A DNA stretch of 64,000 nucleotides from Phoronis australis (taxonomy: Eukaryota > Animalia > Phoronida), in NCBI GenBank assembly GCA_002633005.1, contig NMRA01000110.1, forward strand, positions 771,786 to 835,785, in the 5' to 3' direction. The translations under genes and the position numbers were made by a program. A model generated the notes under the pieces. That model worked only from the letters and a program-made list of their open reading frames with translations. It had not been told where the DNA came from and ran no database searches. This document shows, piece after piece, positions 25,638 through 36,785 of this stretch. Numbering within the stretch: position 1 is the stretch's first letter; each line of letters starts with the position of its first letter.

Positions 25638-26802
25638 CAGGCTCGTAGCCAGGGAGGGGGGGTTCGGAAAAGGTCCAGTCCCGACGTATCCGTTAAAGAT
25701 GGGACATAGATAGACAACAACAACAAAATTGTTGCAGTTACTGGTACTACTAACTACAATCATCAACTAAGTCATTAATAATTTTGAATTTAGTTCACTT
25801 TGGGCCTTACCCGTGTAACTTCGCCCGAGTGGTGTTTGATGATAAGATCGTGAAGACGATTAGAGAAGGCTTTATGTTATTCATCGTCATTGAACGCGCT
25901 TGGTCGCTACAACATAGGGTAACACGGGAGTCTAGATGTTAATGTCTATACCTTAATATGCTACCGTATATAGCAGCGAGAGAGCTCCCAAGAGGTAGTT
26001 CCGTGTGAACGTCTTAAAATCGACCAAGAAACAAAATAGCAAAAAGTAGGTTTATCTGCTATTTTGATAGTGGCAGAGTACGGTAAAGTGCAGACATTTT
26101 CAAATTTCCGGTCACTTCGGTTGTGGATTGGTGGGTGACATGCATGCGTATACACGTGTGTGCGTTTCCATTCTTTTAAATTCAGTACACGCGGCAATTT
26201 CCCATGCGCATGAAATCCGGGCGTTGTTTGAGCATACATGTAGGTACACCACCTAGTGCATCTAATAACCGAAGTGTCGTTTATTTCTGCAGGTAAAGGG
26301 GGATGTCTGATACACCCAAATCCGAAATTTTAAATCTTTTCGGAGTAGTGAACCTTCGGAATAGTGAACCTTCAGAGAAGTGAACCTTTGGAATACTGGG
26401 CTGTTCCCATTTCCAGCGGTGTAAGCAAGTTATGGTCGATCATGCTTCGATTAAATATTTCAGACCGAGTATGTCTCATTTAAGCACGCCCGGTTTGAAA
26501 GTTTGGCAGGGGGTAATGCGGGGACATTCTCTTTCTGGACCACATTACATCCGAATTTGGGTCCCGTTCTTTGTGAGCAACTGTCAGGGCATCCTCATTT
26601 CTGGTATTACGAATTCCGTCTGATCAGTTGGGAACATAGAGCTGAGAGTCGTCGTTGTGTATATAGATTTCCCTCCCCCTAGTGAAGCTGCGTCAAGGGC
26701 CTTACCGCAAACTCTACAGTGTTGACCTTTGCAAAATATCCGAAAAGGTCCACCGTTCCAGAAATTCGAACCACCCCATGCGCAATGCTGGCTACGGGCC
26801 TG
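25638..26802. mobile_element. Putative non-autonomous TIR element (CAGG termini, hAT-like)
   Basis: caggctcgtagccag (25638) is inverted to ctggctacgggcctg (ends 26802). No clean TSD. Contains a nested 16-bp tandem repeat agtgaaccttcggaat (~26340-26395). Confidence 0.45.
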
Positions 26803-26969
26803 TGAACCTTCAAAGCGAGCTTGACATCCTATGAAGCAGTGTTTGACCCATCGGTAGAGTACCATGACAATATCGGATTCGCGTAGATTAAGCGGTACAA
26901 GAAATCACAGGATACAGTTGCAAAGTACAATTTTTCATACTGCCGGTCCAGGTCGTTGTCACTAATCTT

Positions 26970-27553
26970 TGGTGGGCCGTTCAGGAGAAAGTGTCGCCGT
27001 AAAATTACGCTCGTAATTACGAGCGTAAATTAAATTGAAGGAGTGTCGCCGTACGATTACGCTCGAAAATTAAATGGGGAAAAGTTTCGCCGTAAAATGA
27101 CGCTCGTAATTACAAGCGTAAATTAAATTGCAAAAGTATTGCAGTAAAATTACGCCCGTAAATTAAAAGGGAGATATGTCGCAGTAAATTACGCTCGTAA
27201 AATACTTTAAGAACGTTCCAACTTTAAACCAATCAGTGTTAACCTAACATAAACGACTGTTGCTGGGCAGCTCGTTCTTGCACAGTCGCTGACATTGCAG
27301 CGATTTGATCCGCCATAATTCAACGCTCGTAGCGTACTAGTAGACATGTAACCCGTCGGTAAATAAGTATTTACATGGGCGCGTGCGACCGTGAGTTGTA
27401 AGAGTTAAACTAAATTACGAGCGTAATTTTACGCCGTAAAGAATTAAAATACGCTCGTAATTTTACAGCGTAATGAACGGTGTAAATAACGGCGCAATGT
27501 AAATAATTACTCTCGTATTTTTCCGGCGACACTTTCCCCCCCAACGCCCATCA
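26970..27553. mobile_element. MITE with subterminal aattacgctcgtaa repeats and ~9-10 bp TSD (Mutator-like)
   Basis: Termini tggtgggccgtt..aaagtgtcgccg / cggcgacacttt..aacgcccatca; flanks cactaatctt (26960-26969) and tacttatctt (27554-27563). The empty site (cactgatctc, ~8930) is present in duplication copy 1. Confidence 0.85.
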
Positions 27554-27839
27554 TACTTATCTTAGCCCTACGTCGGAGTCATTCGTCCAGTATGTAAACA
27601 CTTAGGTCACATATCACATGAGAACAAAGAGTATTGCTGCAAAGAAATTGACGAAGGCAGAAAAAAATTCTTTAAGAGAATAAAGCTACTATAACAAAAA
27701 ACTTTGCGATATAGAAAAAATAGTGTAATTAATGATTTCCAACGACAAATGTGTTTGACTTGGTCTGAAAATTTGACACTGACATAGCATAAAGTATTAG
27801 AGTTTCTGAGTTCCGAATCGCCGGATTTGTAAATTAGAG

Positions 27840-30800
27840 TTATTGTACTGAATAAGTCAAGTCAATTTCGAAATCGCATATGATGAAAGTGAATCTGTAT
27901 CTATGAACAATGAGTGATACGAGGTAAAAAATGGCGAAGATGTTGAAAACAGAGATCAAGATTGCAAATCGCGCCAAATAAGTCATGTAGCAGTAACAAC
28001 GTTTCCTACAAAGATACATGACGGACACTGCGATGGTTATAACAGAACACAGAAGCATAGACAAACACACTGCGGTAAGCTCAACACTATACCTAAGATT
28101 GTCGATTTCTTCTCCTTTGTGTCGGACAAACTTTTTGATCATAGAAAATGTAGTAGATAAATAAATATATCTTTGTCCGAGTTCAGAATTTTCGGGTTCG
28201 TAAATTAGCGCATTAAACATGTAGTGTAACGCTAAATCATATCTCTTCGTAATAATGTAAGATGATGTTATGCCACTAAAAATTACTTTTTTACACTCAG
28301 ATATATTTAAACAGTATTGCACCATATCAAGAGCTATGAAAAAATATTGCAAGGACAGATTGAACTTGCCTGTGACGTAGTCGGCATATGCAACGCGGAT
28401 GTATTTTGTCACAACGCTGTTTTCAAGTGAAAGTTTCTTCTCCAGTTCTGAACCAAACTCTTGGAACTGTGTCGCTATGATGTCTGCTTGACAATCCTTT
28501 GCAGCACTGATGAACTTTGAAAGTTTTATAGAATAGTCTATTGTATTCGAGCGTATTAATTTCCTAGCGGACATACTGTTTTTGTCGTTTAGTTTATTAA
28601 GTGTTAATTTAATTGACTTCAGTAAATACATTCGAGCAGCATCGTAATTCCTTTCTCTTGAGTGAATCAGGTGGATGATATCTAATGTAATCCGAACGAG
28701 ATGGACACTATCATAATCATTACCCAGAATGCACGGGTATAATGTATCAAGTGACCAATGAAGATATCTCAATATAGTAATGTTTCTTCCTCTTCCTTTT
28801 GTAAAACCGATCTCATACAGCATCTGTGTTAGGTCTGTACCAAGAGTTGGGCAAATCGCTTGTAACAATGGCAAAAGAATATCAAAATGCCGCGCTGCTT
28901 TCTCGAAGTCATTGCTATGATACATGTAGTTAAGGAGCGTGTACTGAGCGTCAATTACGGCACCAACAGGTGTTTTCTCACCAGTTGGTCTGGGGAACAA
29001 ATAACCTAACATTCTCGTTTCTTGTAACAGTTGCCGATAATCTCTTTCCCTAAACGTTGATCGCGATTCAAGGAACTGGTATCCGTATACCAGATGTTGT
29101 GTATTGAAAACATTCAACATTTCTTTTATTTGCAGAACCCTCGACGAAAGATCCTTAAAAAGCTCCAGGTAACCCAGAGATCTACTTGCCTCGCACAAGT
29201 TCACCAAACACGACATAGTGTACGGATCAGTGGCGTCATAGAAAATTTGTTTTCCTTTGTAGTAAAAGCTTCCACAGAACACCCCACACTCCTGCTTTAA
29301 AGTTTTGGCGGCCCATGTGTTTTCTAGATGTCGGACTAGCTTGTTAAGAGCATTTTTGAATGACAGTGATCGTATTTCTATTAAACCTTCTATGTATTGG
29401 TTGCAGGTATAGAAACGCTCAAAAGTACAAACGGGACTATAAATAGAAAATTCGTGCAGTATGCAGTTGACGAAAGGGACGACTGTACAGAAATATCTAA
29501 AGAGCAGCAATTTGCTTTCTTGAACGGACGACACCTTTTCTGGTCGAGGCCAGATGTCCTGTGATTTCACGATCATGAGTTCATTTTGCTGCGACATGTT
29601 GGTGTACATTACAAGCCGTAAGTGTGTTACTATGGATATTGCGACTCTTAGATTATGTCCGGATTGTTCTGCCATAATTCTCTCTATGACCATTTCATCC
29701 AAAATTTCCCACGGAGTATTGCTATTTAGAGAGTAAACGGTTTTAAACAAATTGATTACGAGGCTGGGTAACCTGTACATCCCTTGTTTAATGTCGAAGA
29801 CATCCCCATCACCAACGAAACACAGGTGTGGTAAATATCTTTTCACCACCTTCGTCATGTCATGGTGAGCCTTAGACCTCGCTGCTTTCAGTTTCGTTTG
29901 TTTTCGTCTGTTGGATTTAAATTCTTCAATCAGTCTATCCGCCCCGTGGCTCCCGCCAATTTTGACTATTGATGTTAATATGCGATCAATATCATAACCT
30001 TCCTTCAGAGATGTATTATATTCACAAAGTTGTGCCATACGTTGAGGTGTTCTAATTAACTCGATTCCTTTCCTCATTGGTCTATCAGGACGACCAAGCG
30101 GTGTGTGGCAGGCATGTGGCGCTGTGCTATCGAACTGGAAACCGCGGGGAGTTACTGTATCTTTGAACCAGTCTCCTCCGGGTTTGTCGTTGTCGTTCAA
30201 TGATTTGATTTGCATCGATTTCAAAATAGTTTCTCTTAAATTCAAAACAAATAAATGAACCATTCCCACTAAATTCCTAAAATATTCAATGTTGTTTTCA
30301 TCTTCAACCAGTATGCACCACTCAATGTCGGAATACGTTGTCGTTTCACCTCTAGCCAGAGAACCTAACCCTAAAACTGCAAACTGTTGAGGAGGTGTTC
30401 CCAGTATCCTTATTGATGTAAAAATCAAACTCCAGAAAAAGGTTCTCACCTTTTGACTAACGTCTTCGAACAATTGCCTTGTCTCACGAACGTATTCTTT
30501 TTCAATGTCTATTCGCTCGTTGTCTGACAGATTTGCACTAAATTTAGCCTGAATTTCATGCATCAACACGTTCGCGCTGCGAGACGTCGTCTCTCTAATA
30601 TTAGTTAGATGATATCGAACTTTGGAAATGTAATTTAAAGGTGTTTTTTCACATTTTAGAAACAGCATCTCGCAAAAGGCAACTTCATTTCTTTTTACGA
30701 CCTCTTTGATTTTTTCAGTGGCCTTTGATCGCTTGGTTCGCAAAATAGCGGCATTGTAGAGCGCAGATGCTTTAATGAAATCGCCACGGAGCTTTGTCAA

Positions 30801-30860
30801 CGTACCCCTCTCTGCATAAATATCGCCCATTTTTTTCAACAGCCAACTGTCTCTTTCCAA
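27840..30860 (-). CDS. GlnD/DUF294-type nucleotidyltransferase with helical bundle, TPR repeats and two C-terminal transmembrane helices
   Basis: 1006-codon ORF; the frame stays open to 30947 and the first ATG is at 30830. Pol-beta NTase signature FAVLGLGSLARGETTTYSDIEWCIL (GS to E at 30321-30365); candidate third acidic residue in TPRGFQFD; DIKQGMYR..LRVAISIVTHLRL helical bundle; TPR-like units such as IFSGITSSYIITKRYDLALHYMFNALIYEPENSEL; hydrophobic segments LTAVCLSMLLCSVITIAVSVMYL (28011-28079) and FAILISVFNIFAIFYLVSLIV (27906-27968). True start codon uncertain. Confidence 0.88.
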   Translation of the reverse strand: MERDSWLLKKMGDIYAERGTLTKLRGDFIKASALYNAAILRTKRSKATEKIKEVVKRNEVAFCEMLFLKCEKTPLNYISKVRYHLTNIRETTSRSANVLMHEIQAKFSANLSDNERIDIEKEYVRETRQLFEDVSQKVRTFFWSLIFTSIRILGTPPQQFAVLGLGSLARGETTTYSDIEWCILVEDENNIEYFRNLVGMVHLFVLNLRETILKSMQIKSLNDNDKPGGDWFKDTVTPRGFQFDSTAPHACHTPLGRPDRPMRKGIELIRTPQRMAQLCEYNTSLKEGYDIDRILTSIVKIGGSHGADRLIEEFKSNRRKQTKLKAARSKAHHDMTKVVKRYLPHLCFVGDGDVFDIKQGMYRLPSLVINLFKTVYSLNSNTPWEILDEMVIERIMAEQSGHNLRVAISIVTHLRLVMYTNMSQQNELMIVKSQDIWPRPEKVSSVQESKLLLFRYFCTVVPFVNCILHEFSIYSPVCTFERFYTCNQYIEGLIEIRSLSFKNALNKLVRHLENTWAAKTLKQECGVFCGSFYYKGKQIFYDATDPYTMSCLVNLCEASRSLGYLELFKDLSSRVLQIKEMLNVFNTQHLVYGYQFLESRSTFRERDYRQLLQETRMLGYLFPRPTGEKTPVGAVIDAQYTLLNYMYHSNDFEKAARHFDILLPLLQAICPTLGTDLTQMLYEIGFTKGRGRNITILRYLHWSLDTLYPCILGNDYDSVHLVRITLDIIHLIHSRERNYDAARMYLLKSIKLTLNKLNDKNSMSARKLIRSNTIDYSIKLSKFISAAKDCQADIIATQFQEFGSELEKKLSLENSVVTKYIRVAYADYVTGKFNLSLQYFFIALDMVQYCLNISECKKVIFSGITSSYIITKRYDLALHYMFNALIYEPENSELGQRYIYLSTTFSMIKKFVRHKGEEIDNLRYSVELTAVCLSMLLCSVITIAVSVMYLCRKRCYCYMTYLARFAILISVFNIFAIFYLVSLIVHRYRFTFIICDFEIDLTYSVQ

Positions 30861-33800
30861 ATCATCTCTCGATCCATTTAACAGAGTCTCGGCAAGGAGT
30901 TCTTCTTTCTTCGCCAGGGCTGTCAGTCGCTTCTCTACAAAATGTTGTCAGTCCATCAATAGATAGCTTGCACAAAAGTTTGTTTCAAATCAAATTAAAA
31001 ATTCCCAAGAAAATAATTTCACACCTTTTAGTCGACGCAATGATTCCTCTAGTCCACTGACTTTTAATCCAATTTGTACACCAACACAAAATACGTCTGC
31101 AATCTTTTCATGCGATAAAAGAAAATAATTCTATCTCTGAGCAGATTAGTATGGTGACCATTATTGCTGTAAATCAACACAGTAATTTTAAATTTTCAAC
31201 ATTTGTTTACAAAACACGGTGCCCGTATGTTTCAAAATTCTCTATGCACGACGTCATTCTCAATCATATACAATTATTCGCTCTTGTTTAAGTTAATCAT
31301 CACAGTGGTATCCCGACTCACAACTACGGCATTTGCCAATTTGAGTGTGAAAGTTGCTTTGGCAATGCCTTCCTGGTGTTATGCATGTCGCCCATGCGAG
31401 ATATGAAACATCCATGGGGCCATCCGGAACGCCTGTGGTAGCTTCGCAGCATCCTGGATGGTTCCGCACGTGCCTAGCCAGCACTCGTGCGGGCTATCAC
31501 CTAGCGGCATGCAAGGAACCAGCGAGCTTAGCATCATCCCTCATCTGAAGTATCACAGGTATTTTTGTAGTCTCAAATTTCTGTGCATGTGCGAATTTCA
31601 CCCATGCGGTAAATAATGAGACGGACAAATAGGAGACTAATGGGCCGGATGACTGAAATTCGCGCGTAGGCTAGGTTTCAGATGGTACTTACTGGTGTCG
31701 AGAAAGCTGGAATTTAGTGTCGCAGCCATAGCATAGGGCCACTACAAGTTTAATATTTCAAACTGAAGCTCTCTTTCTTAAGAAACGAAACGGTTTGTTC
31801 AGAAATTTTCTTCTCAGCTCATGGAAATTATCAGCAACTCATTATCTGTAACCTCTCGTTGAGATGAAGGTGAGAAAGTTATAGATGATGTCACCACGGC
31901 AGCGACATAACAACAAGCCAGGGAAAGGTACATAGAGCAGAGAGCTCTCCTTTGCCAAATTGACAGTGAGGCCATTTGTAATTCGTTAAGGTGTTTGCTC
32001 TGTTTATAAAATACACTACTAACAGTCCTGATTTTTGAATGTTGAGAAAAAAATCAATAACTATATCGATTGTATTGATTTTCAACTATAAGACAGTAAT
32101 CAGATCTGCGTTGACAAAATGAAGCCATAAATATGTCCAAAAAACTATCACCCCGAAACAAAAGAGCAAACTTATCATCTCGGAGAATCCTACACGAGTT
32201 TCAGGTTTATGACTTGCGCAAAACCTCTTGGAAATTTCGTCAAAATCCAGAGTGTAGGATTTGTTTTCTCACATGAACCCTTTTTGATTCACATTCAGCA
32301 AGACATCGAAAAGATTTTGGTTTTGAAAGGGTGCTCAATCTTTCTTCTTTGCGTCAGTGTAAAATGAACACGATTCTTTTGTCTGAAAATGTTCTTAAAG
32401 TTTAGTTGGAAGAAAGCAGTTTTTTCCAAAATCCTAATTCTACCGGGGTCGAACTAGAGTACATTAACACTGTCAGATATAATTTTTGTTTTTAAGTTTT
32501 CTACACGCATTTATTTAATATTTCGAACTCCAAATAAATTTCGAATTCTAAGAGTTGACCATTTTTGAAGGAGTTCGTAGAAACGATTTTTTATATTCAA
32601 CATAATAAAAGTAAAATGTTGTCTTTTGACATATCTAAGTAAAAATCAATTGTCAACCTATAAAAGTATAAATTCCCAGAAACCATGAGTCGAGGCAAAT
32701 CTATTCAAGCCATTCTGGTCCCCATGTGGCCATGTGTTACAAATTTCGTTTTTACAAATGTCGTTTTTAGAAATGTGCATTGATAAGGAAAAAGTCGTTT
32801 CAAAACTAAACTTCTCTTATCAAATTTTTAATAAAATTGCTCGAAACTGGCCTGGGATTTTTCGTAACTTTCACCGATGTTTTTCTTAATCACCAAGAAA
32901 CGTTCAGCCTTGACGAACACTTCTTACAAGTTCAACTAGACGGACGAGTCAAGTTAATAAATTATAGGAAGCAGAGTACCATTAACAGAGCGGAACGCAA
33001 ACTCACTGGTCTCTCAGCAAGTAAGATTTTAAAATCTAAACACTACATTAAATACAGCATTGGCGAAAATTTACTAGTTATTGCTTGAAGTCATTAAAGG
33101 GACGTTTTTAACATCCTCTCTGTAAAATATGTTCCTATTAAGGCCCTTAAGACTATACATTTGAAGCTGTGACAATGTCCGGGTTTCAGTACCCTTAGCA
33201 ATAACAATTACATTTTAGCTACGGCTGCCCCTTCGTAGGTCACCACTTGTCCGAGGAGCCCCTTTAGCGACGAAAGCGGATCTCAATTTTCATTGCGCTT
33301 GATTGCCACGACTATTCAATTACGTCTAAGACTGCTCGGTGACGACGAGACGAGGTCTTTTTTTCGTGAAAGGCTCTACTAAGCTGGAACATTTTACATT
33401 AACGGATTGCCCATCCCCCGGCCCCCACAAAATTCTAAATAGCCTCTGTGGGAACATGATGGGGTCTCTAATCAACTTAACATGGCTAATTCGGCACTAA
33501 TTTAGTCAAGACTAAGATTTTACCCGATTCGTCCATTGAAACAGAACATGGCGAAATCACATTTTCGGTCTACTCGGAAGTATCGTTTACGACGTTGAAC
33601 TGCCGGTCAGGCAAATCACAATCAAGGTCCATATTCGGTGGCCACTTTTGGTGAAAAATAAAGTTTGTCATAAAACACTAAAAGATGGGTTTTTAATGTA
33701 CCATCATTCCTGGTTTATAATCTAAAATATTTGTGCACAAGAACCACCAAATAAAATTTTATGGCCCAATGCCTCACAGTTGTATAAAAGGGTACGCACA

Positions 33801-34619
33801 CTACAACTTGTGGTCACAGCCCACTTCTATCATGCAAAAATTCATAAGGTAGATTTAATTTAATGACTTCTTAATCAAATTGAAGAAGAATCACATACTA
33901 AAGTAAAAAAAATTATTACTGTGCTAATTAAGTTGTTCCAGATGATGATACATTGCATATCTTAACATATTATAATAAGAACTTTTTCTCTTGCAATACG
34001 ATTCTTACAAAAAGAAAATGACAAGTAACTCGTTTTTTCAAAAACTTTATTGGTGGTATTTGCCTAGTTTTCAATATATTCGCAAGTTGGTCAAAATAGT
34101 TAAAGCAATGCAAGGCCCAGTGTTCAACTGGTAAACAGTAAAAAATGGTTCTGGTTGTTGGGTACGTACACGACGTAATTACGCACAGTCAATCAACATC
34201 AAATTTTGACTAAGTTACAAATATATAGTGCTGGCGAACTATACATTTATTCACATAAAATTTAAAAACTCCTATTTTAGTAAAACATGCCAAAATCGGC
34301 AAACCTATTACTTTCTGTTTGCACGCCACCCTGGCGTTTACTTGTGTTACTAAAACGTAAAAAAAATTATTTTCCGAATACATACCCATAGCCTTATCTA
34401 CGGAAAATCCGGGTAAAAGCGAAGAATATGTCCCTTTGATATGGCTTTCTGACGTGTTCATACACTAATTTTGAGAGTAGGTGTCGTAAAAAGAGAGTGT
34501 ACTTGAAATCGCTAGAACCTAATGCACTTGGAATGTGCGTGGCCTTTAGATTTTGACGAAATTTCGCCCATGTAAACAATGTGAGATTCATTTAGGATTC
34601 TCTATATGAACAACTAGAG

Positions 34620-35950
34620 CATATGTACAATATTTACAACAATGATTATGCAACACAGATGCATAATAGAGATTTAAGACCTGACATCTGGTACAAAGTT
34701 GACAGTCACATTCAGTGAGGAGACGTAAGGCATGATCAGCTGAGACATAATACCTAAGCGTCCGTGCTTAATCTAATGTAGTTAGGTAAGCTATTCCAAA
34801 ACAATGCTCCCTGGCAGGAAATGAAATTATAACCATAGGAAAAGGTGTGGACAGTTAACATGTTTTCCGAGTGAAAACTGTAGTGTTACTGTATTGACAC
34901 GAATTTGTGAGACAGTGTCCATTTTGTGAAACATGTTTAAACCCTTTAATTGACAGAGATTTGAGCCCTGCAACTGACAAGGGGAAGTGAGTCTGTCCTT
35001 AAAAATTCAAAGTGAGATGATCTAGAGTCATCAAATATACATCAAAGAGCACGATGTTGGATCTTTTCTATATTTTTGCTCATCTGTAAATTACCGGTAC
35101 CAATCAATGACAAGTAATAAAAACATGAGCTTACAAAAGCATGGCATAAGTTTAATTTGCTGTCATTGTCTAGTAGATGTCGAAGTCTGAAAAGCTGATT
35201 TACTTGGCTGGAGACCATCTGACAGACAATATTCACATGGTTATATAATTTAAGATGACGGTAAAGATGAAGCCCAAGTAGTTTGACCGAATTCACATTT
35301 AATTCTCAATCAACAACCAGTAAAAAGTTTTCAGCATCATTTAACATGCCCTTTTTGGAAAAGGTAATGGACTTTTAAGTGAGTAAACACTGTTCACTGT
35401 TTGCTGCCATATTGTTTGCTGTAAATCAACGAGTGGCCACACGAAATGAGCACACAGATTTTGTCTTGTATTATTTAAAGAGATACTGATATCAAGAATA
35501 GTGTTAGCCTCAACATAGTTATACATAGAAGAGGTTATTTATAAAATATTAAATAACATAGACCCCAGGACAGACCCTTGGGGAACCCCTTTAGAGAACT
35601 CGGACCATAATGTGATTGAGCATCCTATATCGACCCTCGTGTCTATTTGCTAAATAAGATTTTAAAAATGAGCATACATTATCGGAACAACCATAACCTC
35701 TGAGAATAGCAATCAATAAAGTATATGAGGTACAGTCAAACGATTTGGACTGATCGATTAACATACAGCCTGCTATGTGACTTCTGTCCAAGGCCACAGT
35801 TGACTAAACAGAATGATGTCAAAGTGAAGTTTCAACTATGCTTTTTAAATATCTGGTTAACAGTGAGCAATAGAATTGAACTGGCCTGTAACATATTTTG
35901 TGCAATTTATCACCTTTTTGAAAACTGGGCTAACTTGGCTTTTCTTAATT
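34620..35950 (-). mobile_element. Degenerate CR1/L2-like LINE fragment, copy 2
   Basis: ORF pieces 35591-35797 (LIDQSKSFD..LLIAILRGYG..SYLANR) and 35042-35296 (SVKLLGLHL..HVNIVC..LFRLRHLL..IEKIQHRAL); duplicate of 13430-14790. Confidence 0.82.
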
Positions 35951-36785
35951 CGGGATTAAGGGGTAGACAGAAGAACTCAACTACTTGTTGAAGTAGGAGT
36001 GAAGGACTTGCTTAAACCCTAGAGTAGAAATGGACAATAGTCTGTCGTAGGATTCAGTGTGCTGTTAACACACACGGGAAAACGGTTCTGGTAGAAAATG
36101 TGCTCCCTGCGTCGTAGATAATACATCACAACACGTTTCTTGCTGATAGCAGTTCGTAAATCAGACGCTGGGATTGCCCAACCGGTCATGCAAAGCAGTA
36201 TGGGTCATATTTTGGAGTTCACTAAGGGAATAGCGTATGTGCGTTATTGAATAAGCTAAATTTAATGGATGTTCTCGGGCCTAAAATATTATTCAGTATA
36301 GAGGGGTGCCATGTAGTGCACACAAAAATAAAAAATTAATTACAGGTTAGTTCGATAGTCCGAACGGAGGAGAGTCCGAATGAAATTCTCCCGGCCGACA
36401 GCGTTTAATAATCTGACGGGCACTGAACTTTGGCGACGGCACGTCGACTCACATATAAATTACCATTTTAACAACTGAATTTCTTGATTTTTGAAGTTTG
36501 CTATGTATCCAACATATGAGAATACATAAATGCGAACGTGGAAAAGTATAGTTTTGCTGAAGGCGGGAGTGACTGAAGTAGCCTACCAAAATAGAAATCG
36601 CTAACTTCAGAATGACAGTTTCTGCGAAAGAAAGTCTTCTAAGAGTTTTGAAATTACCCAATTTTTACCAAATTCCATCACTGATAAGTACACAATGTTT
36701 TTTGCGGTATTGTGCGTACATTAGAAGATACGTCTGCATTCGGAATTATGTGTTAGCGCCTATACGCGAACGAAATGAGTAAACC

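Noticed and set aside
26990-27210. Repeat-spacer appearance (aattacgctcgtaa) resembling a CRISPR array
   Set aside because: Repeats are short, irregularly spaced, in both orientations and inside a TSD-flanked MITE; eukaryotic context and no cas genes.
27840-30860. NTase gene as bacterial contamination, or as cGAS/OAS/Mab-21
   Set aside because: It is duplicated together with animal LINEs and MITEs; the motif context (GSLARGE..YSDIE, DIK...R bundle) fits GlnD/DUF294 rather than Mab-21 or OAS, and no cGAS zinc ribbon is visible.
30948-30956. In-frame TGA as selenocysteine or programmed readthrough
   Set aside because: No SECIS element could be identified and a splice acceptor or uORF explains the site more simply.
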